From: an uncultured virus (IMG/VR IMGVR_UViG_3300042466_001057)
Taxonomy: Duplodnaviria; Heunggongvirae; Uroviricota; Caudoviricetes
Virus record (IMG/VR): IMGVR_UViG_3300042466_001057
Coordinates: 1-64,000 of that record
DNA length: 64,000 nucleotides
Direction: 5' to 3' (one strand)
This document shows positions 20,006 to 30,091 of the stretch, in pieces (the first letter of the stretch is position 1; every line of letters begins with the position of its first letter). Both the position numbers and the translations under genes were made by a program. The notes under the pieces are model-generated. The model ran no database searches. It was not told where the DNA came from and was given only the letters and a program-made list of their open reading frames with translations.

Positions 20006-21307
20006 TTAATTTTCCCATTTTTCTTTAAATACTGACTCCACATAATCAAAAACTTCTTCAGTATAATGAGGAGATGCTCCTAAAAAGAAAACTTTATCTA
20101 AAACTTGGTTTGAGTTAGGGTATAAATGCATGTCATCTAAATGTGAATATGCCGGATGCATTAATATGTTTCCCGCAAAATAGTTTCTTGTTTGTATTTT
20201 ATTCTCTTCTAAAAATGAAACTAACTTATTTTTTAATGGTTTCGATTCACAAACAAACGGTGTGCCGAACCAACAAGGATCTGATTTTGGTAAACTACTA
20301 ACCCCCTCAACACCTTTTACGTATTTTACTAATATGGATTCAATTCTGTTTTTACTTACCTTTCTGTTTTTATCTATTTCAGGGAATCTTTTAATTTGTA
20401 CAAGACCAATAGATCCTTGTAAATCCATAGGTTTAAGGTTATAACCCATAGTTGTAAAAACATACTTATGGTCAATTATACCATCATACGATTCCAACCA
20501 TCTATCAAATCTATTACCACAAGTACCACAAGAAAGTAAATTTGCCGATCCAACACAGTGACAATCCCTTCCCCACCAAGAAAAACTAACAAATAGTTTT
20601 TTTAATTCTGGATTGTTTGTACAAACCATACCACCTTCACCCGTTGATATGTGGTGTGCGGGATAGAATGATGTTGACCAAGCGACGTAATATTCGCTTA
20701 GATGTTTACCGTCCCATTTTGATCCAATAGAATCACAACTATCACCCACCAATTTTAAATCATATTTATCACACAATTCTTTCAAGTAATCCATATCAGG
20801 AGCATTACCAAGAACAGGAGAAACAAAAATTGCTTTAGTTTTAGGTGTTATTTTTTCTTCAATTTTAGTTAAGTCAAAATTTAACGTATCATATTCGATA
20901 TCAATAAACACTGGTTTTAAATTGTTTTGTACTAATACTGATATTGTTGTTGGGAAACCAACGGGAGATACAATTACCTCATCCCCGTCTTCCCATCCGA
21001 AGAACTTCTTTAGTGCTGAGATTAAAACCAAATTGGCTGAACTACCCGAATTTACCATGTGAGCAAATTTAACACCAAAAAGTTTGGCAAACTCACTTTC
21101 AAATTTATGGACGTTTTCACCAGCAACAACCCATTTTCCCGTAATAAATGTTTTAATTGCTGCCATTATCTCATCCTCATCCCAATACGGTCCCGAATAC
21201 AAAACTTGGTTTTTTCCAGGAACAAATGACTTATTGTAAAGGTATTTAGGTTTGTTATCTTTTAAATAGTCGTTAAGATCTGAAAGAATATCTTCGATTT
21301 TTTTCAT
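20006..21307 (-). CDS. rfbH: NDP-4-keto-6-deoxyhexose 3-dehydrase (RfbH/DdhC E1-type, PMP and Fe-S dependent)
   Basis: VNSGSSANL, FPTT, SFYPAHHISTGEGG (His in place of the Schiff-base Lys), WGRDCHC...CGTC Cys cluster, GYNLKP and IQTRNYFAGNI. Confidence 0.85.
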   Translation of the reverse strand: MKKIEDILSDLNDYLKDNKPKYLYNKSFVPGKNQVLYSGPYWDEDEIMAAIKTFITGKWVVAGENVHKFESEFAKLFGVKFAHMVNSGSSANLVLISALKKFFGWEDGDEVIVSPVGFPTTISVLVQNNLKPVFIDIEYDTLNFDLTKIEEKITPKTKAIFVSPVLGNAPDMDYLKELCDKYDLKLVGDSCDSIGSKWDGKHLSEYYVAWSTSFYPAHHISTGEGGMVCTNNPELKKLFVSFSWWGRDCHCVGSANLLSCGTCGNRFDRWLESYDGIIDHKYVFTTMGYNLKPMDLQGSIGLVQIKRFPEIDKNRKVSKNRIESILVKYVKGVEGVSSLPKSDPCWFGTPFVCESKPLKNKLVSFLEENKIQTRNYFAGNILMHPAYSHLDDMHLYPNSNQVLDKVFFLGASPHYTEEVFDYVESVFKEKWEN

Positions 21308-21339
21308 AATATTTTTTTAAAAAAATAGTTTTTTTTTAA

Positions 21340-22119
21340 TTAAAAATCAATAACAACCCATTCTTTATTATAGATATCTTGAGTATCTTTTGGTCCTTGT
21401 GAACCAAACCATTTATATGGTGCAATTATTGTTTTATTTTCATTGTTGTTTAAATACGATCCCCACCAACTAAATGAACTGTTTGAAATAACCACATTAT
21501 CACACATAGTAATTAATGTAAAATCTAAGATTTCATTATTAAAATCCGCAAAGTAATAATTTTCAGATTTAAAATTTTCCTTTACCCATTTTATATCATC
21601 AGATACAAAAATAAAAGACCCATCTCCGATTGTTGATATCGCCTTCAAGTAGTAATCTAAATTACATACATTATGAAAGTCACTATATTTTAAGTAATCA
21701 CCCCTTCTTATATGAATACAGGTTTTTTTACCTTCAATCTTTTCGTCCTTAAAAAAATTATTTACTATGGTTTTATCTTCTTCCGATATATAAAACAAAT
21801 TTTTAATTTCATTTTTATGTTCTAAAAAATACTTTTCACTTTGGAAATACCCTTTTATTAAAAGTTCGTTTTGGTTTGGGATCTCACCAAAACTAAATTT
21901 TGATTCATTATATACAATCTTATGGTTTTGGTTTTCTACAGTTTTTATATTTTTAAAAATGGTCTCAGAATACTTATTGGCGGTAAATCCTTGATTTGGT
22001 GTGTAGCAATTATTTAAATCTATACCATAAGGTATTCCGTACTTTAATGATGTTCCGACAGTTGCTGCAATTTGGAACATCTGATTACCTAACCCACCCT
22101 GTAAAACACAACTAATCAC
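21340..22119 (-). CDS. Glycosyltransferase family 11 (alpha-1,2-fucosyltransferase-like)
   Basis: GGLGNQMFQ, GYFQSEKYF, HIRRGDY, SDD and SNSSFSWWGSYL. Confidence 0.9.
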   Translation of the reverse strand: MISCVLQGGLGNQMFQIAATVGTSLKYGIPYGIDLNNCYTPNQGFTANKYSETIFKNIKTVENQNHKIVYNESKFSFGEIPNQNELLIKGYFQSEKYFLEHKNEIKNLFYISEEDKTIVNNFFKDEKIEGKKTCIHIRRGDYLKYSDFHNVCNLDYYLKAISTIGDGSFIFVSDDIKWVKENFKSENYYFADFNNEILDFTLITMCDNVVISNSSFSWWGSYLNNNENKTIIAPYKWFGSQGPKDTQDIYNKEWVVIDF

Positions 22120-22841
22120 TATTTTACTAATTTAGAATACGGTTGTTTATTTCTGATTCTATTTGCGTGGTTTGTCACCATCGACATATCTACTTTATGT
22201 TCATTTATTGGATTTTCAGCATTATATACATAATTTATTTCATCCATAAATCTATAGTGTTCTTCTCCTGACATTTCTAACATTGGAAACATAAAACATA
22301 AATCCCCACTCCATTGCCAATAATCCCCGTTCTCATCTCTCAAGTCTTCCTCTTTTATGTTTCTCCATAAAAATGCTCTCCAAGTTCTGATATGAGATGC
22401 TGTAAAATTAGCCAAACGAAGGTTCTCAAAATTGGTTTGTTTTGATGCAAATCCGGGTTGTCCTGTATGGTATTTAAAACTACCGTTAGCAATCCAAACA
22501 TTCTCATCTTTATAGACTTCGTTTATTCTTTCGAAGACTTTAGAGTCTGGTAAGTAGTCGTCACCATCAACCTCAATTAATAACTCATCGTCAGATATGT
22601 TCGGGTTGTTTCTAATAACTTTATCAAAATTACCTGCTTGGTATAATTTCTTTTCGTTATCATCAATTAGTATAAACCTATCATCCCCCTTGATCATTTC
22701 TTTAACTAATTTAACTGAGTTGTCTGTTGACAAATCATGAGTGATATAGCATTTAAAATCTTTATGTGTTTGACCCATGATGGATGCCAAACATCTCTCC
22801 ACATATTTTTCTGCGTTGTAAAATCCTGTTAATATTACCAT
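22119..22841 (-). CDS. Glycosyltransferase family 2
   Basis: YNAEKYVERCLASIMGQT, DLSTDNS and VDGDDYL. Confidence 0.85.
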   Translation of the reverse strand: MVILTGFYNAEKYVERCLASIMGQTHKDFKCYITHDLSTDNSVKLVKEMIKGDDRFILIDDNEKKLYQAGNFDKVIRNNPNISDDELLIEVDGDDYLPDSKVFERINEVYKDENVWIANGSFKYHTGQPGFASKQTNFENLRLANFTASHIRTWRAFLWRNIKEEDLRDENGDYWQWSGDLCFMFPMLEMSGEEHYRFMDEINYVYNAENPINEHKVDMSMVTNHANRIRNKQPYSKLVK

Positions 22842-22842
22842 T

Positions 22843-23520
22843 TTAATTTATATATTTTTTTATTATTTTGTTTGTGTAACCGTGAGTTGTTATTTTTAAA
22901 TTAATAACCGCTTCGTTAATGATATCACTATTCTCTATTGTCCAATTATTTGATTGACCATCTATTAATTTATATTTAGGAACTACACCTAAAAATGTAG
23001 ACATATTTTTTAATAAATCCAACACCATTATTTTTTCAACGTTAGAAACGTAAACAATATCACAAGAAACAATATCCTTACAATAGTTTACAATTTTAAC
23101 TAAATCAATAACATCAATCAAAGATCTATATGTGTTTTTAAATATTACTATTTCTTCCCCATTAATTAAAGATTGTTTTAAATAATTTACAAGATTGTTT
23201 TTATTCCCACCTTTACCTATAATTTGAGGCACTCTAAAAATAATATAGTCTTTTGAGTTTTTTTTAACGATATCCTCCACTTCTAATTTATGGTGGTAAT
23301 ATCTATTGTCTTGTACACCGGTTAAAATACTACTAAAATACAAAAGTTTTAACCCCTTATTTTCTGATATAGTTTTCAGTAAAAGAGTTTTTTCACGATT
23401 AAAATCTTCTTCGTTTGTTTTTTTAGAATCGGAGACCCCTGACACAAAAACAATAAATTTTTTATGATCAAAAGATTCTTCTATGAACCCATTAGCAAGT
23501 AAACCGTTACCAACAATCAT
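22843..23520 (-). CDS. NAD-dependent epimerase/dehydratase-like (short SDR)
   Basis: IVGNGLLA Rossmann start, YFSS, YYHHK (YxxxK) and IFRVPQIIG. Confidence 0.7.
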   Translation of the reverse strand: MIVGNGLLANGFIEESFDHKKFIVFVSGVSDSKKTNEEDFNREKTLLLKTISENKGLKLLYFSSILTGVQDNRYYHHKLEVEDIVKKNSKDYIIFRVPQIIGKGGNKNNLVNYLKQSLINGEEIVIFKNTYRSLIDVIDLVKIVNYCKDIVSCDIVYVSNVEKIMVLDLLKNMSTFLGVVPKYKLIDGQSNNWTIENSDIINEAVINLKITTHGYTNKIIKKYIN

Positions 23521-23523
23521 TTT

Positions 23524-24270
23524 TTAATCTATTACTTTAAGTCTTTTACTCACATATAACTTGTAATCCGTAATAATTTCGTCAACAGTAAACAAATAAT
23601 ACGTACCAAATCCATTCTGTTTGTTAAACTGACTTAATCTCTCACCTCTAATTTTATTTTTTAAAATGTAGTCTTCTAAACCTAAAAACTTATAATGTAA
23701 CATTTTTAAAGATGGGTCCGAATATGCCCTAACATTTCCTTTTGGATTGGCATAATGTGCACCAAAACTATAATTAACCTCTGTTATATTATTACAATCA
23801 AACATCATTGGTTTATCCAAGACCGGTGTCCTAACCCCTTCTTTTACTAAATCAAAAACGTTTTGGTTGGCGGATAAATTAAAATCTTCATCCGCAATCA
23901 TATGATAACCTTCAGGTTTAAAAAATGTAATACCATTTTTATATGATTGTATTAAAAATTCTACCATGTTTTCGTGATATAAAAACTCATCAGTATCACC
24001 TAATATAACATAGTCCGCATGACCCTTACTTTTTTTCCATACGTTATTCTTAACTAAAATGTTTGCGTTATCGTTAAACTCTCCATCAGAATCAAACGTA
24101 CTAAATTCTGTATTACTAAATGACTCAACAATTTTTTTACTGTTGTCTGTTGAATGGTTATCTATTATGTATATTTTTTCACAGAATTGTGAGTAATACC
24201 TAATAAGATGAGGTAATATGTTTTCTTCGTTATAACATAAAAAATATGCGTGAACTATCGGTTTTCTCAT
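23524..24270 (-). CDS. Glycosyltransferase family 2-like
   Basis: Start moved to MRKPIV (ATGA overlap with the upstream stop); YNEE, IDNHSTDNS, DTDEFL and LHYK. Confidence 0.8.
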   Translation of the reverse strand: MRKPIVHAYFLCYNEENILPHLIRYYSQFCEKIYIIDNHSTDNSKKIVESFSNTEFSTFDSDGEFNDNANILVKNNVWKKSKGHADYVILGDTDEFLYHENMVEFLIQSYKNGITFFKPEGYHMIADEDFNLSANQNVFDLVKEGVRTPVLDKPMMFDCNNITEVNYSFGAHYANPKGNVRAYSDPSLKMLHYKFLGLEDYILKNKIRGERLSQFNKQNGFGTYYLFTVDEIITDYKLYVSKRLKVID

Positions 24271-25058
24271 ACGTTTAAAATTTTTCTCCATTTATCAACA
24301 ATATCTTGATTCGTTATAAAAGTATTATCGTGATCTGTTGCGAAATTACCTTTAAAGGTTGTTCCCGTACTTTCACATTCATCTTTAACAAGTGACGCAA
24401 CCTCACTTTTAGATGATAGGTAAACAAACTCAACCATATCATACATTTTTTGTTTGTCAGATATAAATCCATACTCAATAACTTTATCGTTATCGATTAA
24501 TGGTTTTACCTCTGTATTATAATAGTTTTGATCAGTAACGTTACCAAATAAGTAAACCTTACTAACACCGTCACTTAACGCTCTTTGTATCGATATGTGT
24601 GTCTGTTTGTTAATGTCTATTGATCCAACAATACCAGCAACACCCTTAGTGATTTCTAATTTTTCATTTTTCAATAAAGGTTCTCTTAGGTTTGCAATTA
24701 CCTGATATTTTCCTTTATATTTTTCGTGGTAATTTCGATGTTTTTCATTTAAAAAAACAACCTCATCCCAGAATTGTCTAATATTACCAACCTCAAATAG
24801 GTTTTTTTCGTGACACGAAAGTATAACCTTTTTAACATCAGGTCTTGATCCTAAATTTAAAAAATGAACAATAACTGTATCGTCCTTTTCTAATTTAAAG
24901 TTGTTATCCAATAAACCTGATTTACATTTGTCCAAATGCCATTGATGGGGACCATAAAACGTACAATCAATACCGTTTTTATTTAATTCGTTTGTTAAGT
25001 TAATAAAGGCAAACGTTGACCCACCTTTTTCCGAATATCCTGAAACTATCTTAACCAT
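24267..25058 (-). CDS. GT-B fold glycosyltransferase-like protein
   Basis: GGSTFAFINL start, HEK, VGSIDINKQ and SKSEVASLVKDE (E-x7-E). Confidence 0.65.
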   Translation of the reverse strand: MVKIVSGYSEKGGSTFAFINLTNELNKNGIDCTFYGPHQWHLDKCKSGLLDNNFKLEKDDTVIVHFLNLGSRPDVKKVILSCHEKNLFEVGNIRQFWDEVVFLNEKHRNYHEKYKGKYQVIANLREPLLKNEKLEITKGVAGIVGSIDINKQTHISIQRALSDGVSKVYLFGNVTDQNYYNTEVKPLIDNDKVIEYGFISDKQKMYDMVEFVYLSSKSEVASLVKDECESTGTTFKGNFATDHDNTFITNQDIVDKWRKILNV

Positions 25059-26145
25059 TTAAAAATTCTTTATAGTCGTTTATTATTTCTTCTTCTGAAA
25101 TGTAATTTTTATCTTTATAAAAGATGTCAGCGTTAGGGTATAAAGACCTAACCATAGTTTTTAAATCACCATCAATAATGTGTATTAAATCGTAATTTAG
25201 TTCTTGTAGTTTATATAGTTTGTTAACTTCCGATTTCACAAATCCGTCATTAGTGTTAAACCCCCAACTACCATCACCTAATTTGAACCCACACGGTTCG
25301 TACATTTTATAAGACCCGATACTTTTTGATTTAAGTTTTTTTATTATTTTTTCGTCTTCCAATTCTCCACAAAAACCAACAGACAAGTTTAATTTTTTAA
25401 GGTGATTTAATACTTGTTCTGATTGATAATAGTCTTTACCAAAAACCAAAACCCTTAAATCACAATTTTTTTCTATTTTTCTTTTAACCTTAACTGGTAA
25501 TACGTCTTTATATTTTTCGGCAAATATTTCCCTATTTTTTTCCCACTGATCGTTAGTTTGACCTATCGATTTGTGTGTTACTCTAACGTCGTACATAACA
25601 CCAATCTTAACTCCCTCAATAAAATTTCTAAACGAAAAGTCAACATCGTAAAAATGAAACCCACCGATCTCATCATTAAATGGTTTTTTAATGTTTTTCT
25701 TGTTGATCGAAATAAGAAGTCCGTCAACCAAAACCACATCATCTAATTGGTTTCCTTTACTAACAGAATATTTGGACTCCCACTTTTTTCCTTCGTGTTC
25801 GTGATTAACTATCCCTTTCATTTTTGAAAAGTCTTCCCACCATTTTGCTGATTTTGGCATACTGGTGGTTCCTGCTAATCCTATGATCCCATAATTCCCA
25901 TTTCTTTTAAAATGGTTTAATATTTTTTGACCCCAATTCTTAGAATCAAAATATATGTCGTCGTGACATAAGATAACAATATCGTTTTTTGATTGGTTTA
26001 AAATCTTATTGTAAGTTTCAGTTAAAGAATACTCACCATTATTTTCAATGGGAATAACCTCTGTGTTTGGTATGCCAGAGGTCTTCTTTAACATTTCAAC
26101 GAATGCATTATCTATTTTTCTTGTGGAAAATCCTATTGTAATCAT
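25051..26145 (-). CDS. GT2-like glycosyltransferase with a C-terminal extension
   Basis: YN, ILCHDDI, IIGLAG, LVDGL, FHFYDVD and VTHKSIG. Confidence 0.75.
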   Translation of the reverse strand: MITIGFSTRKIDNAFVEMLKKTSGIPNTEVIPIENNGEYSLTETYNKILNQSKNDIVILCHDDIYFDSKNWGQKILNHFKRNGNYGIIGLAGTTSMPKSAKWWEDFSKMKGIVNHEHEGKKWESKYSVSKGNQLDDVVLVDGLLISINKKNIKKPFNDEIGGFHFYDVDFSFRNFIEGVKIGVMYDVRVTHKSIGQTNDQWEKNREIFAEKYKDVLPVKVKRKIEKNCDLRVLVFGKDYYQSEQVLNHLKKLNLSVGFCGELEDEKIIKKLKSKSIGSYKMYEPCGFKLGDGSWGFNTNDGFVKSEVNKLYKLQELNYDLIHIIDGDLKTMVRSLYPNADIFYKDKNYISEEEIINDYKEFLNG

Positions 26146-26738
26146 ATTCCTGTGCTTCCAAATCCATTATTATTACGATCCTTTTCACCAATCTCTTCCA
26201 CCTTAACTAAGTCAACCCATTTCCCATTAACAACAGGACAAAGAACTGCTTGTGCAATTTTTTGACCTTTTTCTATTTTAATTCTTTCGTTTGTTGTATT
26301 GAAGATAATAACTTTAATTTCTCCCTGGTATCCACTATCAACAGTTCCTGGTGAGTTTAATACCATCAATCCTTGATTTAATGCTAAACCACTTTTAGAT
26401 CTAACTTGGATTTCATAACCATCAGGAATGTCGAACCTTAATCCTGTCGGTATTAATTTTCTATCGTTAGCCTGAACCCATAATTCTTCCGTAGATCTTA
26501 AATCAAATCCTGAGTCGGAACCGTAAGCATATTCGGGTTCTTTATTGTCAGAATCACTTGTATAATTTAACGTTAGTTTTGTCTCAAACTGTTTTTCAAA
26601 TTGTTCGTTAAGTTGGTTAAAATCAATCCCTAACGAATTTAAAAACCCTTCTGAGTCCTCCATGTCTAAACCTGAACCTGTCGACTGTAATTTTCGTAAT
26701 ACTTCAACTTGGTTTCTTAAATTTTCTAAATCTTCCAT
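26142..26738 (-). CDS. dut: dUTPase (trimeric)
   Basis: SGFDL, VRSKSGLA, NSPGTVDSGYQGEI, KIAQ and RNNNGFGSTG. Confidence 0.95.
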   Translation of the reverse strand: MEDLENLRNQVEVLRKLQSTGSGLDMEDSEGFLNSLGIDFNQLNEQFEKQFETKLTLNYTSDSDNKEPEYAYGSDSGFDLRSTEELWVQANDRKLIPTGLRFDIPDGYEIQVRSKSGLALNQGLMVLNSPGTVDSGYQGEIKVIIFNTTNERIKIEKGQKIAQAVLCPVVNGKWVDLVKVEEIGEKDRNNNGFGSTGI

Positions 26739-27466
26739 TATTTTAATTCTTTTAATTTTTTTATGAATTGTATTAATACATCAACATCTTTTTCGCAATA
26801 TTCAGCAATTTCTGATAGTCTATTACCGCTCCAATATGCTTCGTGAACCATACCACCATTTATATCTCCATCTTTAGGTGTTAGTATATCTAATGTCGCA
26901 CAAACCAAATCTAAAGATCCGATAGCGGTATATGATCCATATTGCCAAATTTCTTTTGTGTCGATAGCTTTAACTTCCCAAGGCTTGGTGTCGTAAGATG
27001 GTAATAACTTAGACGGTAAAATTCCGTTTATTATCATTCTTTTTGCCAACATAGGAATATCAAAGTTCTTTAAGTTATGACCACAAAGATAAAAATCTAA
27101 CTTTTGACATCTGTCAAGTAAGTTTCTAACCTGAAGTAGCAACTCTTTTTCGTCGTCACCTGAAAAGGTTTGTTTTTTTACTTCTCCATTTTCCATAACA
27201 AAAGCCATCGACACACAAACGATCTTTGCGAACTCAGGAACAAGTGCTGTACGTTTTGAATATACATCATTCATTTTTTGAAGTTCTTCCTCCAACCCAT
27301 CGGTTTCATAATTGTCTTCAGGAAATCTTTTTAAAAACCAATCAAAATATTTAACAAATTGTTCGGCAATTTTTGGATTACTTTCTTGACATGTTGACCA
27401 ATCTTTACAAACACCGACCGTTTCAATGTCTAAGAATAAAATTTTTGTTATAGGTATGTTTATCAT
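26738..27466 (-). CDS. Stand-alone PolB-type 3'-5' exonuclease
   Basis: FLDIETV, GHNLKNFDIP and YCEKDV (DEDDy). Confidence 0.85.
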   Translation of the reverse strand: MINIPITKILFLDIETVGVCKDWSTCQESNPKIAEQFVKYFDWFLKRFPEDNYETDGLEEELQKMNDVYSKRTALVPEFAKIVCVSMAFVMENGEVKKQTFSGDDEKELLLQVRNLLDRCQKLDFYLCGHNLKNFDIPMLAKRMIINGILPSKLLPSYDTKPWEVKAIDTKEIWQYGSYTAIGSLDLVCATLDILTPKDGDINGGMVHEAYWSGNRLSEIAEYCEKDVDVLIQFIKKLKELK

Positions 27467-28674
27467 TTTACTAAGGATTTATATAATTCTGCTCTATCTT
27501 TTGTTACTTTATTTAAATCATAGGTATCTTTAACTGTCTCATAAAGACGTTGACCTAAATCGTATGCCCAATTAGGGTTCTCGATTAATTTTTTCATATA
27601 TTTTGACCAATCACCATTTCTAACCTCATCAACTAAAAGTGCGTTCCCATCAACAAAGTTACCGTTTTGTAATGAATGTTTCAAGTCGATCGTATAAGGA
27701 CCCACGTTTGAGGCGATAATCGCTTTCTTATAGAACCCAGCTTCAATTACTTTTAGTTGTGATTTTACTCTATTAAAGATATGGTTTTTGATTGGTGCAA
27801 GTGATACATCAAACCATCTGTAGTTTGTTGCGTAAGTTGTAACGGGTTTTGTCCATACACGGTTATAAAATGGTAGCACATCTGAAACGTAACTCTCATC
27901 TTTAAACTTCATTAAATATTCTTTATGTTTTGGGTCGACCATGTTATATCTGTCCGTAAAGATTTCTTCGTAACGAGCCCAAACAGTTTCTTCAGGTTTA
28001 ATCTCTCTTTGTTTTTGTTCTCCTGTTTGTTGATTAATTTCTGTAACAGTACCTCTTGTATCAAAACCACAAAGATACATACTAAAATTATCTTTTAATG
28101 GTTTTAATTTATTAATTGTGCCATCTAATAATTTAAGATCATGTAAGTGAGACGACCCACCTAACCACCCAAACCTTAATTTATCTGAAGGTAACGTTTC
28201 TGCTTGGAATTGTGGTTCTTTTGGATTAATCGCATTTGGTAGTATATATACGTTTTTATTATATTTACTAATTTCTGTTGCGAATATGGACGTTGTTGTA
28301 ATAACATGATTAGCAACTTTCATATTAGCCAATATTTTCTCATGTAGTTTATTTTGAATAACCAATTGATGAACAGGATGTTCTTTAGTTGGTAACCAAT
28401 AGTCATCTAAATCCATAATGGTAACAATACCCATACTATTTAGGTTTTGTATTATGGTTGGTGCTTGGTTATAATCTTGACCAATAGATCTATGAAAATG
28501 TACGATGTCGTATTGTTTCCAATAGTTAACATCATTTATTCTTGGTTCGTAATCAATGTCTACGTGAAAATCATCTGAATGATTATTTTGTAACATAACA
28601 TGGGGGTCAATAGACCTGAATTTTCCTACTCCCGTTTTATCACTTGGGAGAACTAATACTTTAATTTTACTCAT
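27463..28674 (-). CDS. GT-B fold glycosyltransferase
   Basis: DLDDYW, LPNAI, GWLGGSSHLHDL, DVSLAPI, FNRVKSQLKVIEAG and IASNVGPY. Confidence 0.75.
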   Translation of the reverse strand: MSKIKVLVLPSDKTGVGKFRSIDPHVMLQNNHSDDFHVDIDYEPRINDVNYWKQYDIVHFHRSIGQDYNQAPTIIQNLNSMGIVTIMDLDDYWLPTKEHPVHQLVIQNKLHEKILANMKVANHVITTTSIFATEISKYNKNVYILPNAINPKEPQFQAETLPSDKLRFGWLGGSSHLHDLKLLDGTINKLKPLKDNFSMYLCGFDTRGTVTEINQQTGEQKQREIKPEETVWARYEEIFTDRYNMVDPKHKEYLMKFKDESYVSDVLPFYNRVWTKPVTTYATNYRWFDVSLAPIKNHIFNRVKSQLKVIEAGFYKKAIIASNVGPYTIDLKHSLQNGNFVDGNALLVDEVRNGDWSKYMKKLIENPNWAYDLGQRLYETVKDTYDLNKVTKDRAELYKSLVK

Positions 28675-28713
28675 ATAAAAAATTATTTAAGTAAAATATA
28701 ACCAATATAAAAC

Positions 28714-28740
28714 AAAAAATCCACCCTTTTAAGGTGGATT
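28714..28740 (-). terminator. Intrinsic terminator
   Basis: Perfect 8-bp stem AATCCACC/GGTGGATT with a 7-nt loop, followed by a U-run on the minus strand, downstream of 28760..29398. Confidence 0.75.
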
Positions 28741-28759
28741 ACGATACTAATAGAAAATA

Positions 28760-29398
28760 TTATTTTTCAAATTTTTTAACCTTTGTTACTTTACCGATAA
28801 ACAAAGTGTTACCAACCTTAAATTGGATTGTTTCGTTAGTGTTTGTTGTTGATTCTACAACCATACCCGATTGTTTTAACTCTTCTCTAACCACATCTCT
28901 TACTGTATCTCTAACCACGTCTCTAATCATAGATTTAATTTCGTTTATACTAATGTTAGAGGTATTGTGATTTGTTTTATCATCTCCGACATTAATATTC
29001 TCCGATACATTTTTATTTGGTAAATCCGATATTTTAGTTTTACCCATATTCATTAATCTTTGGGCTCCTTGTATTACCTCTTCAGATATTGCGGTTGATG
29101 ATCCAAGACTACTTGGTTGAACTATTGGTTGTTCAATCATAAGCGCTTTAATCTCATCAGGAAGTTTTGAGTTCATTATTCTTGATTGATCCAAAGGTTG
29201 TGTTGGATCAGAATATTGTTTTGGTTGTGACTCTTCTTGTAAAAGACCTTCCGGTAAATTATAATTGGCCGGAACTGAATCAAAATTTTCAACCATAGGT
29301 GATGTTGGTCTAGTATCTCCTCTTTTAATTTCACCATGTCTCTCCATGATTTTTTTAGAGACTGCTAGTCTTTGCATTAAATCCATTTCATTATTCAT
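28760..29398 (-). CDS. Hypothetical protein
   Basis: 212-aa ORF with an SKLPDEIK motif and several x-x-E motifs; lies in the late operon. Confidence 0.6.
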   Translation of the reverse strand: MNNEMDLMQRLAVSKKIMERHGEIKRGDTRPTSPMVENFDSVPANYNLPEGLLQEESQPKQYSDPTQPLDQSRIMNSKLPDEIKALMIEQPIVQPSSLGSSTAISEEVIQGAQRLMNMGKTKISDLPNKNVSENINVGDDKTNHNTSNISINEIKSMIRDVVRDTVRDVVREELKQSGMVVESTTNTNETIQFKVGNTLFIGKVTKVKKFEK

Positions 29399-29399
29399 A

Positions 29400-29801
29400 T
29401 TATGCTAAATTTTCTTCATTGCCAAAGGTGGCGTTTAATAGAACCCTCGTCATAGTTTTATCCCCATTAGGGTTATAACCTGGCCTCATATCTACAAAAT
29501 TATCTATTGTTGGTTTATATGTAAAGATTTTATCCAATCTAAATAACCTCCAACCAGGAAGAAAGTTTGATTTGTTTTTCGCACTCCACGACGATCCTTC
29601 ACTTTCCCATGCCCTTAACACTAAATTGCCTTTTTTACTATAACCTAAACAAACGGGCTCTATTGTTCTATACCCTTTACCACCATTATCGTTTCCATCA
29701 TAATAAATTACAATGACTTTTTTATCACGAATACTATTCTGTACGTCGCCAAGAGCTGCCGCTTCAGTAATTAATCCACTAAGTGAGTTTAATAGTTTCA
29801 C
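29400..29801 (-). CDS. Stand-alone WYL-domain protein
   Basis: IYY...RTIEPVCLG...VLRAW...WRLFRLDKI WYL signature. Confidence 0.75.
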   Translation of the reverse strand: MKLLNSLSGLITEAAALGDVQNSIRDKKVIVIYYDGNDNGGKGYRTIEPVCLGYSKKGNLVLRAWESEGSSWSAKNKSNFLPGWRLFRLDKIFTYKPTIDNFVDMRPGYNPNGDKTMTRVLLNATFGNEENLA

Positions 29802-30091
29802 GCTACGTTATAATATGGGTTATTGGTTGAATATTTATTCACTTTCAAATCGTCCTTTCTTTCATGAATATCTGTAGATGTTCCAGCATTATTATTGTAA
29901 ACATCAAGATCTCCACCGGTACCTCTACCGATCTTATCTCCGTTAGCGTTAGCGTCTGGATGTACTGTTGAGTATTGATTGGTCGTTTTAAAATCATTTC
30001 TAGCAAATAACTTTCTTCTTTGTTCTTCAGCAACTGTAGATAATGGATTATCCGGTTGAGAAAATTCTAATTTGTCTGATTGTGTAGCCAT
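29798..30091 (-). CDS. Hypothetical protein
   Basis: 97-aa ORF with two R-x-x-L-x-x-N-x-Y/F-like motifs. Confidence 0.6.
   Translation of the reverse strand: MATQSDKLEFSQPDNPLSTVAEEQRRKLFARNDFKTTNQYSTVHPDANANGDKIGRGTGGDLDVYNNNAGTSTDIHERKDDLKVNKYSTNNPYYNVA

Noticed and set aside
21308..21339. Poly-A/T tracts and AT palindromes in intergenic gaps (also 16033-16050 and 17917-17942) as phase-variation sites
   Set aside because: Expected in very AT-rich DNA with A-rich translation starts; no associated frameshifts were seen.
10061..24270. Interpretation as a host O-antigen locus (prophage boundary or contamination)
   Set aside because: The block is gene-coupled on both sides to phage-type genes (PhoH, dUTPase, gp55-like sigma), shares their start-codon style, and lacks recognisable wzx/wzy/waaL.
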